A DNA stretch of 64,000 nt from assembly GCA_964016885.1 (NCBI GenBank), contig OZ024761.1:20088001-20152000 (forward strand), read 5' to 3'. Shown here piece by piece: positions 12,021-25,769 of this stretch; positions within the stretch are counted from its first letter, which is position 1; each line of letters begins with the position of its first letter. The notes beneath the pieces are model-generated. The model saw only the letters and a list, made by a program, of their open reading frames with translations, ran no database searches and had not been told where the DNA came from. A program made the position numbers and the translations under genes. The DNA comes from Eledone cirrhosa (Eukaryota).

Positions 12021-13180
12021 GAAGGTTTTATCTATATTTAAGAACTTCTATTCATGAATGACCACAAAGTTATATGTATACCTATTATGTATACCTATTT
12101 TATTGGGATCAATATATTTTCCTTTTCCCTTTACTTTTATGGGTTTAACCCTTTTATTACAACATTTCAAATAAAAAACAGTTTTATGATTTTCAATTCA
12201 TCTAAAAATTAATCAAGAATTTGTATGGATTTAATAGAATAACAAACATTCTCATTATTAAGATGTTTAGAACATAAAGGCTCTTACATAAAATATAAAC
12301 TTCAACCCTTTCATTATCAATCATATTTCCAATGAAAGACATTGCCTATGATTTTCAGATTGTCTTGAAAATAACCAAGAATTTGCAGAGATTAGTAATC
12401 TGGTGTTTGGAGCATAACATAACAAAGGTTCTCACATAAAATAATGATGGATGTTTTTTTTTTTAGTTAAATACAAACACTTTCACAACATTTTCATTAC
12501 TATATTTTTAATGAAAGACATTGTCTATTATTTTCAAATATTTTTTTTTAAACGGTCAAGAATTTCTAGAGATAATTAAAGTTTGTGTTTGAAGCAAAAC
12601 TGAAGAAAGGTTCTTAGATTTAAAAAAATTATGGTGGAAATGTTTTAGATAAATATAAACAGTTTGTGAACTTGTCTCATTCATTATCTACCTATCACTT
12701 CTACATAGCAACACACTTCTCCTTCTCCCCCTCCTCTCTCAATCTTTTCTATACTTCATTTACCTGTCACCCACCTCACAGCTTTACTTTTCTCTTTACT
12801 GACCACTAGTCACTGATTTCTGTCCTCTCAGGTATTCTCACCCAACACGCTCATTGATGGCATTTGGCTGTTTTTACAGTTATTCTTGCATTGAGCTTTC
12901 TCATTTTTCTATGAACACAAACACTTTGGAATACACTACATTTATATTTATATTGTAGAACTAAATATTACAAACACTTTGGTAATGAAAAGGGCTCACA
13001 ATTTAACGTTAAAGTAGAAAATAGTAAAGGTAAAAAAGAATAGCTACTTGCTGCTACTACTACTACCGCTGCTGCTACTGCTACTACTACTTCTAAGAGT
13101 TAACTAGAACTATATTTCTAATTAGTTTACTTTCTGCTACTAAGCAACTGTTACTGTTGTTGTTACTACTGTTGCTGCTG

Positions 13181-13215
<35 letters not shown>

Positions 13216-13987
13216 GCCACCACCACCACCACCACTACTACAAAAGTTTGTAGAGCGCACCTGAGGATTGTAAGACAGAATCAAAGAAGAGAAGATGTGA
13301 ATAAACAGACCAAAATCAATAGATTGAGGCCAATTGGTTTGGCTGCTTCGAAACAGCAACACACACACTGACACATACACACACTGTCACAGTCACATAT
13401 ACACACACTGTCACAGTCACATATACACACACAGATACACATTGTCAACTGAAGGTTTTTTTTCACTCTTTTTATCATCGTTATCACCACCATCATCATC
13501 ATCATCATTATTATTATTATTACTACCACTACTCATGTAAACCCTTTGTAGTCAATAAAGAAATTATTATTATTGCTACCATTTAGAGCGTCAGACACCA
13601 TGCTTTTCAGCATAGAGTTATGGCCCTTTACATTATATGTTCAAATCCCGCCGAGGTTAGCTTTGTCTTCCATCCTTACGGGGTCGATAACATAAAGCAC
13701 CAGTTACACAGACACAAGGCCAACAATTTTTTGGGGTGGGGGAAGTCGATTAAATCAACCCCAGTACTTGACTGCTACTTTATTTTATCAACCCTGGAAC
13801 AATGAAGAATAAAGCTGACCTCAGCAGGATTTGAACTCAAAGTGTAGAAACCCCAGAACAAACACAGCAAAGTACCTGACGTTCTAACAACTCTACCAAT
13901 TCACCACCTCCTTAGTATATTACTGGTATATTCTGACTCAAAGATTGATTCACTACTACTCCATGTGGTCAAGATAACACACAGTAG

Positions 13988-14329
13988 GACATACATGAGA
14001 CAGTGCTACATGTGATCAAGTATCATGACATACACAAGACAGTGCTACATGTGATCAAGTATCATGGCATACACAAGACAATGCTACATGCGATCAAGTA
14101 TCATGGCATACACAAGACACTGCTACATGTGATCAAGTATCACGGTATACACAAGACAGTGCGACATGTGATCAAGTATCACGACATACATGGGACAGTG
14201 CTACATGTGATCAAGTATCATGGCATACACAAGACAGTGCTACATGTGATCAAGTATCATGACATACATGAGACAGTGCTACATGTGATCAAGTATCATG
14301 ACATACATGAGACAGTGCTACATGAGACA
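13988..14329 (+). repeat. 39-bp minisatellite (~8.5 copies)
   Basis: Unit GACATACACAAGACAGTGCTACATGTGATCAAGTATCAT. Confidence 0.95.
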
Positions 14330-16376
14330 AAGTTGTTGCTCTTCTTTACCCATGAAGAAAACTAAGACAAAGAAGTTTATTTTGATTGTAAAAAGAACAT
14401 GCTTTGAAATATCTCAGTAAATAAGATAAAACAGTATTAAAAGAGTTAACTAAATACTCCTTGTATATACATGACTAAATTAACACTCAAATATGTGTCC
14501 TCATCTCCTCTAAAGTGTCCCCTATATCATCCCCATGTGTCCCCATGTTTGCTAACAGCCAGTTTAAATGCTAAAGAGTTAAAGTACAATATATAGTATA
14601 TTTGCCTTTATTGTTGTTGCCATGAGAACACTATATGTGTTAGAAGTATATATATATTAGTGAGTGTGTAGTATATTGTTAATAGAAGTGAATAGTATTA
14701 GTGACTATTACTGGTCACAATGTCTATTAAATGCTCCTCAGTATATTACTGGTATTCATGACATTGATTAGAGATGAAAAGCAAAGTTGACTCCTGTAGT
14801 GTTTAACAAACCCTCTACAACCATATTTCTTATGAAAAATACTGCACACAATTTTCAATATATTTTTGTCAAAATAATCAACAATTTAGAAGAATTTAGT
14901 AAAATAGCCTCCCTAGTGTTGGTGATCTTCACAATAAAAACACCCAGTACACTCTGTAAATTGGTTGGTATTAGGAAGAACATTAGCAGTAAAAAACTTG
15001 CCAAACAAAGGAGCTAGGGTAACCCTTTAGTTTGTGTCAAAAGACACAACTTCTTTTCCAAATTGGCATTTTTGTATGATTGTATGTAAGCAGGATACAG
15101 ACCCCTTGGTCCGTCTTGGAGATCAGTAGCCACCCCTTTAGTATTGACTTGGTCTATGTAGACCCATCCAACCCTTGCTAGCAGGGAAAGCGAACATTAA
15201 ATGATAATGATGATAAACGCATTAAAATAAACAGTTTTGCATTGTAGATTGTCATTATTAATCTGGTGTTTGGAACAAGACTTAACAAAGGTTCTTATAT
15301 ATAAAATTATGATGGAAGGTTTTCATGATCAATATAAACACATTAAAACAGTTTTTGTATGAAGTGAGGGGTATATTTCAGATGGAATGAAATGGGTTAA
15401 CTTCAGAGGTGAAACACAGCAAGATATTTTCAGCTGGAGTCAGACACAAACATGTTTTGGAAATTTATATCAATTTCAATATGGGCAGCAGCAGCAGCAA
15501 TAGCTATCACAACAACACTACCACTACTACCACTACCACTAATAACAACATTTTAAATATTTGCTTCCCAAAAATGTTATATATAAAAATAAAAAAATAA
15601 TCCTTTCATTTCTCTAGCCTTGTGTGTGTGTGGTGTATATATATGTGTATGTATGTATATATATATATATATACAAACAATGTATACACAAACATAAATA
15701 TATATATTTATATTAATGAGTCAATCTCTCTCTCTCTCTCAATGACAGTGAGAAGAAAGAACTATAGTAAAACTAATTAGTAAACGGGGAAGCAAGCTAG
15801 CCGAGGAGGAGATTGTGGTGTGTAGCTAACACATAAATTATCAAGTGGAAGTTGGCAGGAAGAGAAACAACAGAGAAGAAGCAATAATACTTCTTCCTTC
15901 CCACTTCATATAGAAATAACACTGCTGCCAGTCTAAAAGTCTAAAACTAAAACAGTGTGTGTCATAATAAACACAACCTCTAGTATTTTAGTATGTTTAC
16001 AGACTATATATCAGTAAATTGCAGTTGATCTGTTATAAAGCTACTAAAGCCTGACTCTTAGTTAACACCTCACTAGAACACACAACATGGCTTTATTATT
16101 AGAAATATTATTGCCATTATCATAATAATAATGGTTTCTGTTTCACAGGGCCAGCAATTTTGGGGAGAGGGGGAATGTCGATTAAATCGACCCCAGTGTG
16201 TGACTGGTACTTTATTTTATCAACCCTGTAAGGATGAAAGACAAAGCTATCCTCGGTGAAGGTCAACTTTGCTTTTCATCCTTACGAGCTCGATAACATA
16301 AAGTACCAGTAATACACTGGGTATTTGCTGGCCTTGTGCCAAAAGTAGAAACCATTATTATTAATATTATTATTAG

Positions 16377-16610
16377 GGCAGTGGGTTGGCAGTATTGGTA
16401 GAGCGTCGGACAACATATCTTTAGACATACAGTTAGGACCCTTTTAGGTTCTGAGTTCAAATCCCACAAAGGTTAGTTCTGCCTGTCATTCTTACGGGGT
16501 CGATAAAATAAACTACCAGTAACGCACTGGGGTAGATTTAATCAACATTTCCCTCCCCCCAAATTGTTGGCCTTGTGCCTAAAGTAGAAAGCATTATTAT
16601 TTCTATTATT
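16377..16610 (+). mobile_element. tRNA-derived SINE (family B, Meta-domain-like)
   Basis: A box TGGCAGTATTGG, B box GAGTTCAAATC, central GCCT..CAT.CTTACGGGGTCGATAAAATAAA.TACCAG and (ATT)n tail. Other copies or fragments lie at ~3928, 13640, 21085, 22205, 29800, 30135, 36775, 39920, 49250, 54230 and 59305. Confidence 0.75.
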
Positions 16611-16720
16611 ACTGTTAGTCACTTGTGAGAAGTATACATTACTACCAGTGCCAACTCCACTATTGGATAGAGAAGACAGGCTACTGGGCAAAAACAAACT
16701 CATTTTTCTTACAGTTCCTC

Positions 16721-16796
<76 letters not shown>

Positions 16797-17219
16797 GTGT
16801 CTGCATCTTCAGCATTACCATCACCATTCTCACATCTGTTTTTCCATGCTTGCATGAACCAGATGAATTATTATTACTGTAATTCCATACAAATGGAACA
16901 GTTGCATTGTGTGGGTGTCTTTAAACACACACACAAATATATATATATATTTGTGTGTATCTTTACAAACACACACACACATATATATATATTTGTGGGT
17001 GTGTGTGTAAAATTAAGAATGGTTTTCTGAAGAGGAACAGAAGAAAACGACAGTTAAATAAGGTACTCAATACATTAATAGAGAAAATATATATTTATTT
17101 CATATAGAAATGACTTTTACAAGACTAGCTCTGTTTCATTCATTTGAAATCAGCAGTTCTAGTCCTGTTCAAGTCATTTCTATATGGAATAAATAAATGT
17201 ATATGTATGTATAAATAAA

Positions 17220-17386
<167 letters not shown>

Positions 17387-17401
17387 CGAGAGAGAGAGAG
17401 A

Positions 17402-17720
17402 GAGGCACATGGCTTAGTGGTTAGAGCATTGGCCTTGCAATCGAAAGGTTGTGAGTTCAATTCTCAGACTGGGTGATGTGTTGTGTCCTTGAGCAAGACA
17501 CTTTATTTCACATTGCTCCAGTTTACTCAGCTGTAGAAATGAGATGATAGGGACTGGGGCCCCTATCATTCCACTGAAAAGTGGTCGTGGAGGCGCCATG
17601 GTAAAAAAGCACCCAGCCCACACTGTAAATGAGGTTGGTGTTAGGAAGGGCATCCAGCCAGAATCAGTTCCCGCCCCACCCTTGCAAGCAGAGAAAAGCG
17701 GATATAAAATGAAATGATGA
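17402..17720 (+). mobile_element. Full-length tRNA-derived CORE-like SINE (family A) with RTE-type 3' tail
   Basis: A box TGGCTTAGTGG, B box GAGTTCAATTC, CORE-like TGTGTCCTTGAGCAAGACACTT, and tail CCCTTGCAAGCAGAGAAAAGCGG...ATGATGA shared with RTE ends. Confidence 0.88.
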
Positions 17721-18323
17721 TATATATATAATAATATAAATACACACACACATAGTATGGTATGAAATCATAACTCCTGAGGGAGTCATAGGATCACTGC
17801 CTTACTGGGGCAATTTTAGACCTGCTGGAACCCATCCCCTCTCACGGCCTCAGTACAGCATATTTCTACCAGAAGGATAAAGAGATATACACATATGTGT
17901 TTATGTGTATGTGTATATATATATACACACATACACACAGGCAAAGTAACTGAAAAGGTAGGCTTTGACCAAACAACTGGAAGGTTCATCGTTGGAACCG
18001 ACAATATTAAACAGTAAAACGTGGTACAAACACGAATGCATGGTTAGCAGTATGTATGTGCATCGATATGAGTAATACTGCATTGTAGTGCACATATGAG
18101 ATGCAGCAGTAAACACAGTCATGCCAACGAAATATGTTACGTGTGATGTGATGTGATGTGATGTGTGTGATGTGTATGATGTGTATGCGTGGTTGTGTGT
18201 GTGTGTGTGTGATGTGTATGTGTGATGCATGTGTGTGTATGTGTGGTTGTATATGTGTGTATGTGATGCAGTGCAATAAAAACTGTGATGTATACATGAT
18301 GTAATTACAATACAGTGGAGTTT

Positions 18324-18385
<62 letters not shown>

Positions 18386-18540
18386 TTGTGTGTGGTGTAT
18401 ATAATAATGCTGTGTGTATACAATGTGTATAATGAATGCAGTGATGTGTAGATGAAGTATAATAATAATAAAGCTAGCTAGTGTTTAGGTAAACAAGTTT
18501 GTTTCTATGGTGTGTAGAAATAGCGAGATCATATATATAT

Positions 18541-18573
<33 letters not shown>

Positions 18574-19607
18574 CACACATATCTATATATATATAGAGAG
18601 AGAGAGAGAGATCCTTATATGTTGGAAGGAAGAAACAGTGTAGAGTCAGTGAAAATATACTGTGTACTGTGGTGAATGCTTGGGAAAAACTGTACAGCCT
18701 GAAGCCCTTAATTGAGTAGAGTTGTGCTGACTGTGAAACCTCACACATTACTCTATGGACACTATCTATTGATCTCTCTCTCTCTCTATCTATCGATCTC
18801 TCTCCTTCGTTAGATGATTAGGAGGAAACTTTAGAGGCAGGGATCACCTCCTCACTACTAAATCTATCTTGTCGTAAACATATACATACACATATATAGG
18901 TAAAAATGTGTTTGATGAATGTGTCAGGTTCTCTCAACACACACACACACAAATCTCTCTCTATCTCTCTATATATATATAGAGAGAGAGAGAGAGAGAA
19001 CTCTTGAGATGACCAAGTTAAGCAAATTGACAAAGACTGCCGCCAACTACAAGACTCCTGGTTTAACCTTTCCGTTACCATATTTCTAATGAAAGACATC
19101 ACTTCTGGTTTATAAATAAACATAAATAACAACAACAACAAAATGAAAGGATTTAGTAATATAGCTAACCACATTAATGATTGGTAGATAACTTAAATAT
19201 ATTCTTCCATAACATTGTTATTTCAATATAAATGGTTTAAAACAAGAAGTTTGTCATCATAGCTGGGAGAGATGTTACTTATGGCTTGTAGTGGCAGTGA
19301 ACATGGACTTTAAAAAAAAGATGCTTTCCCTTGGAAACTGTATTAAAATTGTAATCGTTGTTATCATCATCATCATCATCATCATCATCATTTAACATTC
19401 GTTTTCCCTGCTAGCAAAGTTTGGCTGGGTCTACATAGACCAGGTCAATACTGAAGTAGGACTACTGCCCTCCCAGACAGACTGAGGGGGTCTGTATACT
19501 GTTTACATAATATATATATATATATATTGTTCAAGGGGACCACAAACAGGGGTACAAAAAGTCTTATTAGTTTTACACTTTATATTGGAAAAAGGAAAGC
19601 AAGTTCA

Positions 19608-19647
<40 letters not shown>

Positions 19648-20139
19648 AGGTGTGTGTGTGTGTGTGTAATTATATATCTATAATGAGTGTGAGGTGGTTA
19701 AAGCATTTGTTCCATAACCACATAGTTTCATGTCCAGTTCCTACAGTAAGGTAACTGTGGTGGTGGTAGTGGTAACTGTGGTGGTGGTAGTGGTAACTGT
19801 GGTAGAATCAATTATATAGTAGCTCAATGTAATATCTACGTTGGGATGTGATCAACTGTTGAAATAACAGGCAACACTTCCAACATGAAGAAGAAGAAAA
19901 CACCTTCAGGGAATTAGAACCTTTTTCTAAGATGTTGTCGGTTCTCTAGAGAAAATGACATCTGGGTAGGTAACAGTGATGCTGGTGATGCTGATGCTGA
20001 TGATGGTAACTGAACAGTTAATGGAAGTGGAATAATAGTGGTAGTGCACAAGATGGTGGAAGAAATGGCCAAGGGAATTGGTGAGATAAGAGTAACAAGC
20101 TTGTTGATATCTACTTTAAACCTGTCTAAATGAAAATAC

Positions 20140-20430
20140 TTAACCCTTCCGTGACCATATTTCTAACGAAAGACAGTCTATGTCATTAACCCTTCTGTGA
20201 CCATATTTCTAACGAAAGACACTGTCTATGTCATAAACCCTTTCATAACATATTTCTAATGAAAGACACTGTCTATGTCATAAACCCTTTCATAACATAT
20301 TTCTAATGAAAGACATACCTATGTCATTAATCCTTTCATTACCATATGTCTAGTCAATGTGTTTCAATTAATGTTTGAAAATAATCAAAACATTTGGAGG
20401 GATTTAATAAAATAACTTTTTCATTAGCAA
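20140..20430 (+). mobile_element. TTAA MITE with a short (~4.5x) array of the same 48-bp left-end unit
   Basis: TTAACCCTTCCGTGACCATATTTCTAACGAAAGACAGTCTATGTCA repeated, followed by the element body. Confidence 0.8.
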
Positions 20431-20856
20431 ACCCAACCCTTGCTAGAGAGGGAAATCGGACGTCTAAACAATGATGCCACACATACACGACCAGTACTTA
20501 TTTTATCAATCTCTTTTAGCCAAACCACAAAGTCAAGACACAAACACATTAAAGCAGGACATATTCACACATTTTCACTCACAAGGTATTGATGTATTAT
20601 TGTATAACTGTTGTGTAGCTCTGGAGGTCAACCTTGACCTAGTAGACCTATGATGAAAACTATATCACCCATGATCATTCCACCTTTTTTCGGGGTACTT
20701 TTCTTGGACTGCCTTCATTTCCATTCCTTTCATTGTCACCTTTTCACGATCATATTTCTACTGAAATACCTGCTTATGGTTTTCAATCAATTTTGATAGA
20801 AGGCGTAGCTCGGAGATCAAAGAGTCACTCCAGGTAGAGCTGCTGCTTCTACAAAT

Positions 20857-21005
20857 TGAGAGATCATAACTTTGATATTATGGACAGGTGGTTAGAATGT
20901 CTCTGGAAAGAATCACAGGACAGTTTTGAGAGATCACAGCTTTGATATTATGGACAGGTGGTTAGAATGTTTGAGGAAAGAATCACAGGACAGATTTGAG
21001 AGATC
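20857..21005 (+). repeat. 70-bp direct duplication (~2.1 copies)
   Basis: TGAGAGATCA...CTTTGATATTATGGACAGGTGGTTAGAATGT...GGAAAGAATCACAGGACAG; AGATCA recurs at 20861, 20931 and 21001. Confidence 0.9.
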
Positions 21006-22022
21006 AGGGACTGATCTGAGGTCAATTTATGTACTTCACCTAGCAACCGATTGCTAGAGAAACCTTACAATGGGGGGGTTATTGTTTGGTAGAGTCATCA
21101 GAGAATCGGACAAAATGCCTTGGGTTTTGTTCTGGCTCATTACGTTCAAATCCAGTCGAGGTCAACTTTGCCTTTCATCTTTCCAAGATCAATAAAATAC
21201 CAACTAAATACTGGGGTGGATGGAGAGGGGAGAAGGGAGGTTTATTTATTTTTTTACGATTTAATCGACTTTTCCCTTTCCCTTCGCCCCAACAAATTGC
21301 AGATTTTGTGCTGTTAGGAAGAATATTCTTATCATCATTACATAAATTTCAAAGGAATTAGGAGGCTAATGAGAAGGAAACAGTCATAGTTCAGAGAAAA
21401 TAAGGGGGAGGGGGGGGTAAAAATACCAACAACAAACACAATAAAAACAAAAGCATCAAAGAAATAAAACTGAACATTGAGACATTTTGTAAATGGAAGA
21501 AAGACAAGAAATGATGGTGTCCTCCATTGACTGGCGTATAGTCACTGTTTCTCTCACATAGTAATTAGCTGGACAGAAACTTGTGAAAGTTAATGACTAG
21601 ATGTGTTAATGACTGCTAACCCCGCTACCTCGTCTCTCTCCTCCCATCACAGAGTCAGTCTATCTGTCTGTCTGTCAGTCAAACAGACAGACTGACAGAT
21701 AGACAGACAGACTAACAGACAGGCAGACAGACAGACAGACAGACTGACTGACTGATAGACAGATAGACAGACAGACAGACTAACAGACAGACAGACTGAC
21801 TGACTGATAGACAGATAGACAGACAGATAGACAGACAGACAGACAGACTGACTGATAGACAGACTGACTGATAAACTAGAAACACTTTGCTAAAACTGTG
21901 CAACAAATTGGATTTGATGTTGGTATAGAGCCTGTGTAAGGAGCAGGTCTACTTGGCACTGGCAAGATAATCAGAAAAGTGATGGACACCATCTAGAAGA
22001 GCAGAGGGTAATTTGAATTATC

Positions 22023-22205
22023 TTAACCCTTTAGCATTTAAACCAGAATTCTCTCACCTCTTTCTGTTCAAACCAGCTATTCATACTTAAGTTAAGGTAT
22101 TGTTCTCAAAATAAATAATATCAAAACCTCATAGATTCGATATTATGTGAGATAATTGTATGAAATAAAGTGTTTACCATGAAAATACAATAGTAAATAT
22201 AGAGT
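22023..22205 (+). mobile_element. Second TTAA-CCCTTTAG MITE family, partial copy
   Basis: Starts TTAACCCTTTAGCATTTAAACCAG; body is the reverse-complement homologue of 24114-24730. Confidence 0.65.
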
Positions 22206-22904
22206 TTCTACTTTTGGCACAAGGCCAGCGATTACCCCAGTGCATCACTGGTACTTTATTTTATCGACTCCGTAAGGTTGAAAGGCAAAGACCATAACTC
22301 TATGCATCAAAGTATGGCGTCCGACCCTCTACCGATACTGCCAATCCACCGCCCCTTACTAGGCACAAGGCCAACAATGTTTTGGGGACGAGAAAGTCGA
22401 TTAAACCGACTCCAGTGCGTTACTGGTACTTTATTTTATTGACTCCTTAAGGATGAAAGGCAAAGCTAACCTTAGAAGAATAGAGATAGTGGGGGAATGG
22501 AAGTAAGAAAGAGATATATAGGAAGAATCGACCCCAGCACTTGACTGGTACCACACCCAGTCCACTCTGTAAAGTGGTAGCACTGGTGACAATAAAACAC
22601 ACCCAACAACACCCAAAAAGTCTCATGCAACCCATGCCAGTATGGAAAAGCAGATATAAAAATGATGGTGGTAATGAAGAAGGTGGTGATGGTGTTGACA
22701 ATAAAGTAGATGGTGGTGGTGTTGATGATGAGTGATGGTGGTGGTAGTGGTGGCGGCGAATATCGTGAATATGGTGGTAGTGATGGTAGTGGTCTTGTTA
22801 TTCATGATGACATAGAAAATGTAGGCAGATCTCAGTAGCTGAGGTGAAACTGTCAGAATTATGCTCACCTAAAGTCAAGTATCTCTCCAGTAAACTTTGG
22901 ACTC

Positions 22905-23514
22905 CCACTTCCCACCGGATCTATTATACCACAGGTGTGTACCACTTCCCACTGGATCTATTATACCACAAGTGTGTACCACTTCCCACTGGATCTATTA
23001 TACCACAAGTGTGTACCACTTCCCACTGGATCTATTATACCACAAGTGTGTACCACTTCCCACTGGATTTATTATACCACAAGTGTGTACCACTTCCCAC
23101 TGGATTTATTATACCATAAGTGTGTACCACTTCCCACTGGATCTATTATACCACAAGTGTGTACCACTTCCCACTGGATCTATTATACCACAAGTGTGTA
23201 CCACTACTCACTGGATCTATTATACCACAAGTGTGTACCACTACCCACTGGATTTATTATACCACAAGTGTGTACCACTACCCACTGGATCTATTATACC
23301 ACAAGTGTGTACCACTACCCACTGGATCTATTATACCACAAGTGTGTACCACTACCCACTGGATCTATTATACCACAAGTGTGTACCACTACCCACTGGA
23401 TCTATTATACCACAGGTGTATATCACTTCCCACTGGATCTAATGCCATTATTATACCACAGGTGTGTACCACTTCCCACTGTATCTAATGTCATTACATC
23501 ACAGGTGTGTACCA
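22905..23514 (+). repeat. 37-bp minisatellite (~16 copies)
   Basis: Unit ACCACTTCCCACTGGATCTATTATACCACAAGTGTGT. Confidence 0.97.
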
Positions 23515-23793
23515 CGGAAAGAAATACCTATTGATCTTTCATTATGGTGCATCTGGCATTGCAGCATGTAGTTAAGATGCAGGAACATAGCTGGTGTTAA
23601 AAGGTAGTAGTAATACTGACAAACACACATATATACACACACAACACCCACATATACACAAGCACACACCCACATGTACACATATACACCATGCATACAT
23701 ATACACCAGCACGCATACACACACACACACACAGATAAAATCTTCCATCATAATTTTATTTAAGAACTTTTTTGATAAGTAATGTTTTGCTTA

Positions 23794-24011
23794 TTAACCA
23801 TTTCATGACTATATTTCTAATGAAATACATTCTAGTTCAATTAGTTGAAGAATTTTGAGGGATTTACTAGAATTATCAATTATTTCAAGATTGTAACTTA
23901 ATATAAAAATATGTTGGAAGATTTTGATTTAAATTGGAAAACTTTAAGATAGGTGATTTTATTTCATAGAATCAGAACTAGTTTTGGCTAAGTTGGTAAC
24001 AAAAGGGTTAA
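23794..24011 (+). mobile_element. Complete monomeric TTAA MITE (~210 bp)
   Basis: TTAA-CCATTTCATGACTATATTTCTAATGAAA...AACAAAAGGG-TTAA. Confidence 0.75.
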
Positions 24012-24121
24012 TGAAATGGTTAGTTTAGCCTCATTAAATTCTTCATATTTTCAAAATTAATTAATACACATAGACAGTATATTTTATTAGAAATACAGCC
24101 ACAAAAGAGTTAACCCTTTAG

Positions 24122-24600
24122 TATTTACATTACTCTATATATACTATTGTATTTTCACAGTAAAGGCTTTACCTCACATAATATCTCACATGACATTTAC
24201 ATTACTCTATATATACTATTGTATTTTCACAGTAAAGGCTTTACCTCACATAATATCTCACATAACATTTACATTACTCTATATTTACTATTGTATTTTC
24301 ACGGTAAAGGCTTTACCTCACATAATATCTCACATAACATTTACATTACTCTATATATACTATTGTATTTTCACAGTAAAGGCTTTACCTCACATAATAT
24401 CTCACATAACATTTACATTACTCTATATATACTATTATATTTTCACGGTAAAGGCTTTATCTCACATAACATTTACATTACTCTATATATACTATTATAT
24501 TTTCACAGTAAAGCCTTTACCTCACATAATATCTCACATGACATTTACATTACTCTATATATACTATTATATTTTCACGGTAAAGGCTTTACCTCACATA
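24122..24600 (+). repeat. 72-bp minisatellite (~6.5 copies) inside a second-family TTAA MITE (24110-~24730)
   Basis: TTTACATTACTCT recurs at 24124, 24196 and onward; the array begins just after TTAA-CCCTTTAG. Confidence 0.92.
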
Positions 24601-24859
24601 AATTCGAATCTTTGAGATTTTGATATTTATTTTGAGAACAATACCTTAACGTTGGTATAAGTGGACAATTACAGCTGGTTTGAACAGAACGAGGTGAGTA
24701 AATTCTGGCCAGATATGGTCGGTTTAAATTTCATCTTATAAAGTTTTGTGTTATGTAAAGAATAAAAAAACTGGCTTGAAAACATTGATTTTTTTTTTTT
24801 AAATACATATTTTGGAAAATATATATATATACACATATATATATATATATATTTCAAGA

Positions 24860-25105
24860 AGACAACAAACAGAGGTACAAAAAGTGTTATTAGTTTTATG
24901 CTTTATATTGGAAAGAGAAAGAAAGTTGGACATGTCGGGCTTCAGCCCTTCTTCAGGAGTACAAATAAAGACAGGATCACAACGGAGAAATAAAAAAAAA
25001 GGTCTGAGTATAGAAAAACAAAATTGAAATGAAGAACGTAAACAAAAAGAAAAACCATTGGGTAGTTCTTTGGCTAGGCATGATGGGAAAAGAGGAACAA
25101 GTGAG
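24860..25105 (-). mobile_element. Penelope/retrozyme-like short element with a mutated hammerhead core
   Basis: Minus strand 24925-24960 reads CTGAAGA-A-GGGC-TGAA-GCCC-GACA-TGTC; flanked by TA/CA repeats. A truncated homologue lies at 19538-19610. Confidence 0.55.
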
Positions 25106-25769
25106 CTACACACACATACACACACACGCATATATATATGTATATAGTTACGGGAAGGGGACAGGCTGTATACTCTAAGGTCCTCAATAATTTACTGCTA
25201 GTCTGCCAAGTTTATTTGACCAGACACAGAAAGAAAAACAAACTTTACACCAAACCAACAGATGGCACCAGTCCAAAAGAATTACCAGCTGTTTTGGTTC
25301 CTTCAACTAAAGATTAATTTAATTCATATTCAATTCATTTCTCAGGCAGTGTGTATGTGTGTAGGTTGTTGTGTGTGAGACTATGTAGGTTGTTTGTGTG
25401 AGTGTATGTCAGTTGTTCTGTGTGTATGGGGGGGGGGGTGTTAAAATCTCAACAAAGAAGAAAAGTAGAATTATTCAACTATGGTGGAATTTGGAGAATG
25501 TTCACAATCACCAAATGATAGAACTAATCAATTTTTTTTTTAAAGAAATCAATACCGGAGAGACGAGGAATTGATACTGGACATAGCGTTACCTAATGTT
25601 GCTTTGAAAATAGAGTGAAGTGATTTAAGTTTCAGACTCAGCTGACTCTGGCTGACAGTACTTAGAATGGGTCCCTATCCAGGGTTAAAGACTCTCCCAC
25701 ACCCCTGAACTTCAAAACGATAGGTTCCAGCCTGTGTTAATCAAAATTGCTACAAAAACAGAGCAGATA

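Noticed and set aside
17402-17475. tRNA gene (A and B boxes, TTGCAA loop)
   Set aside because: No proper acceptor stem, and it continues into a SINE body present in several copies.
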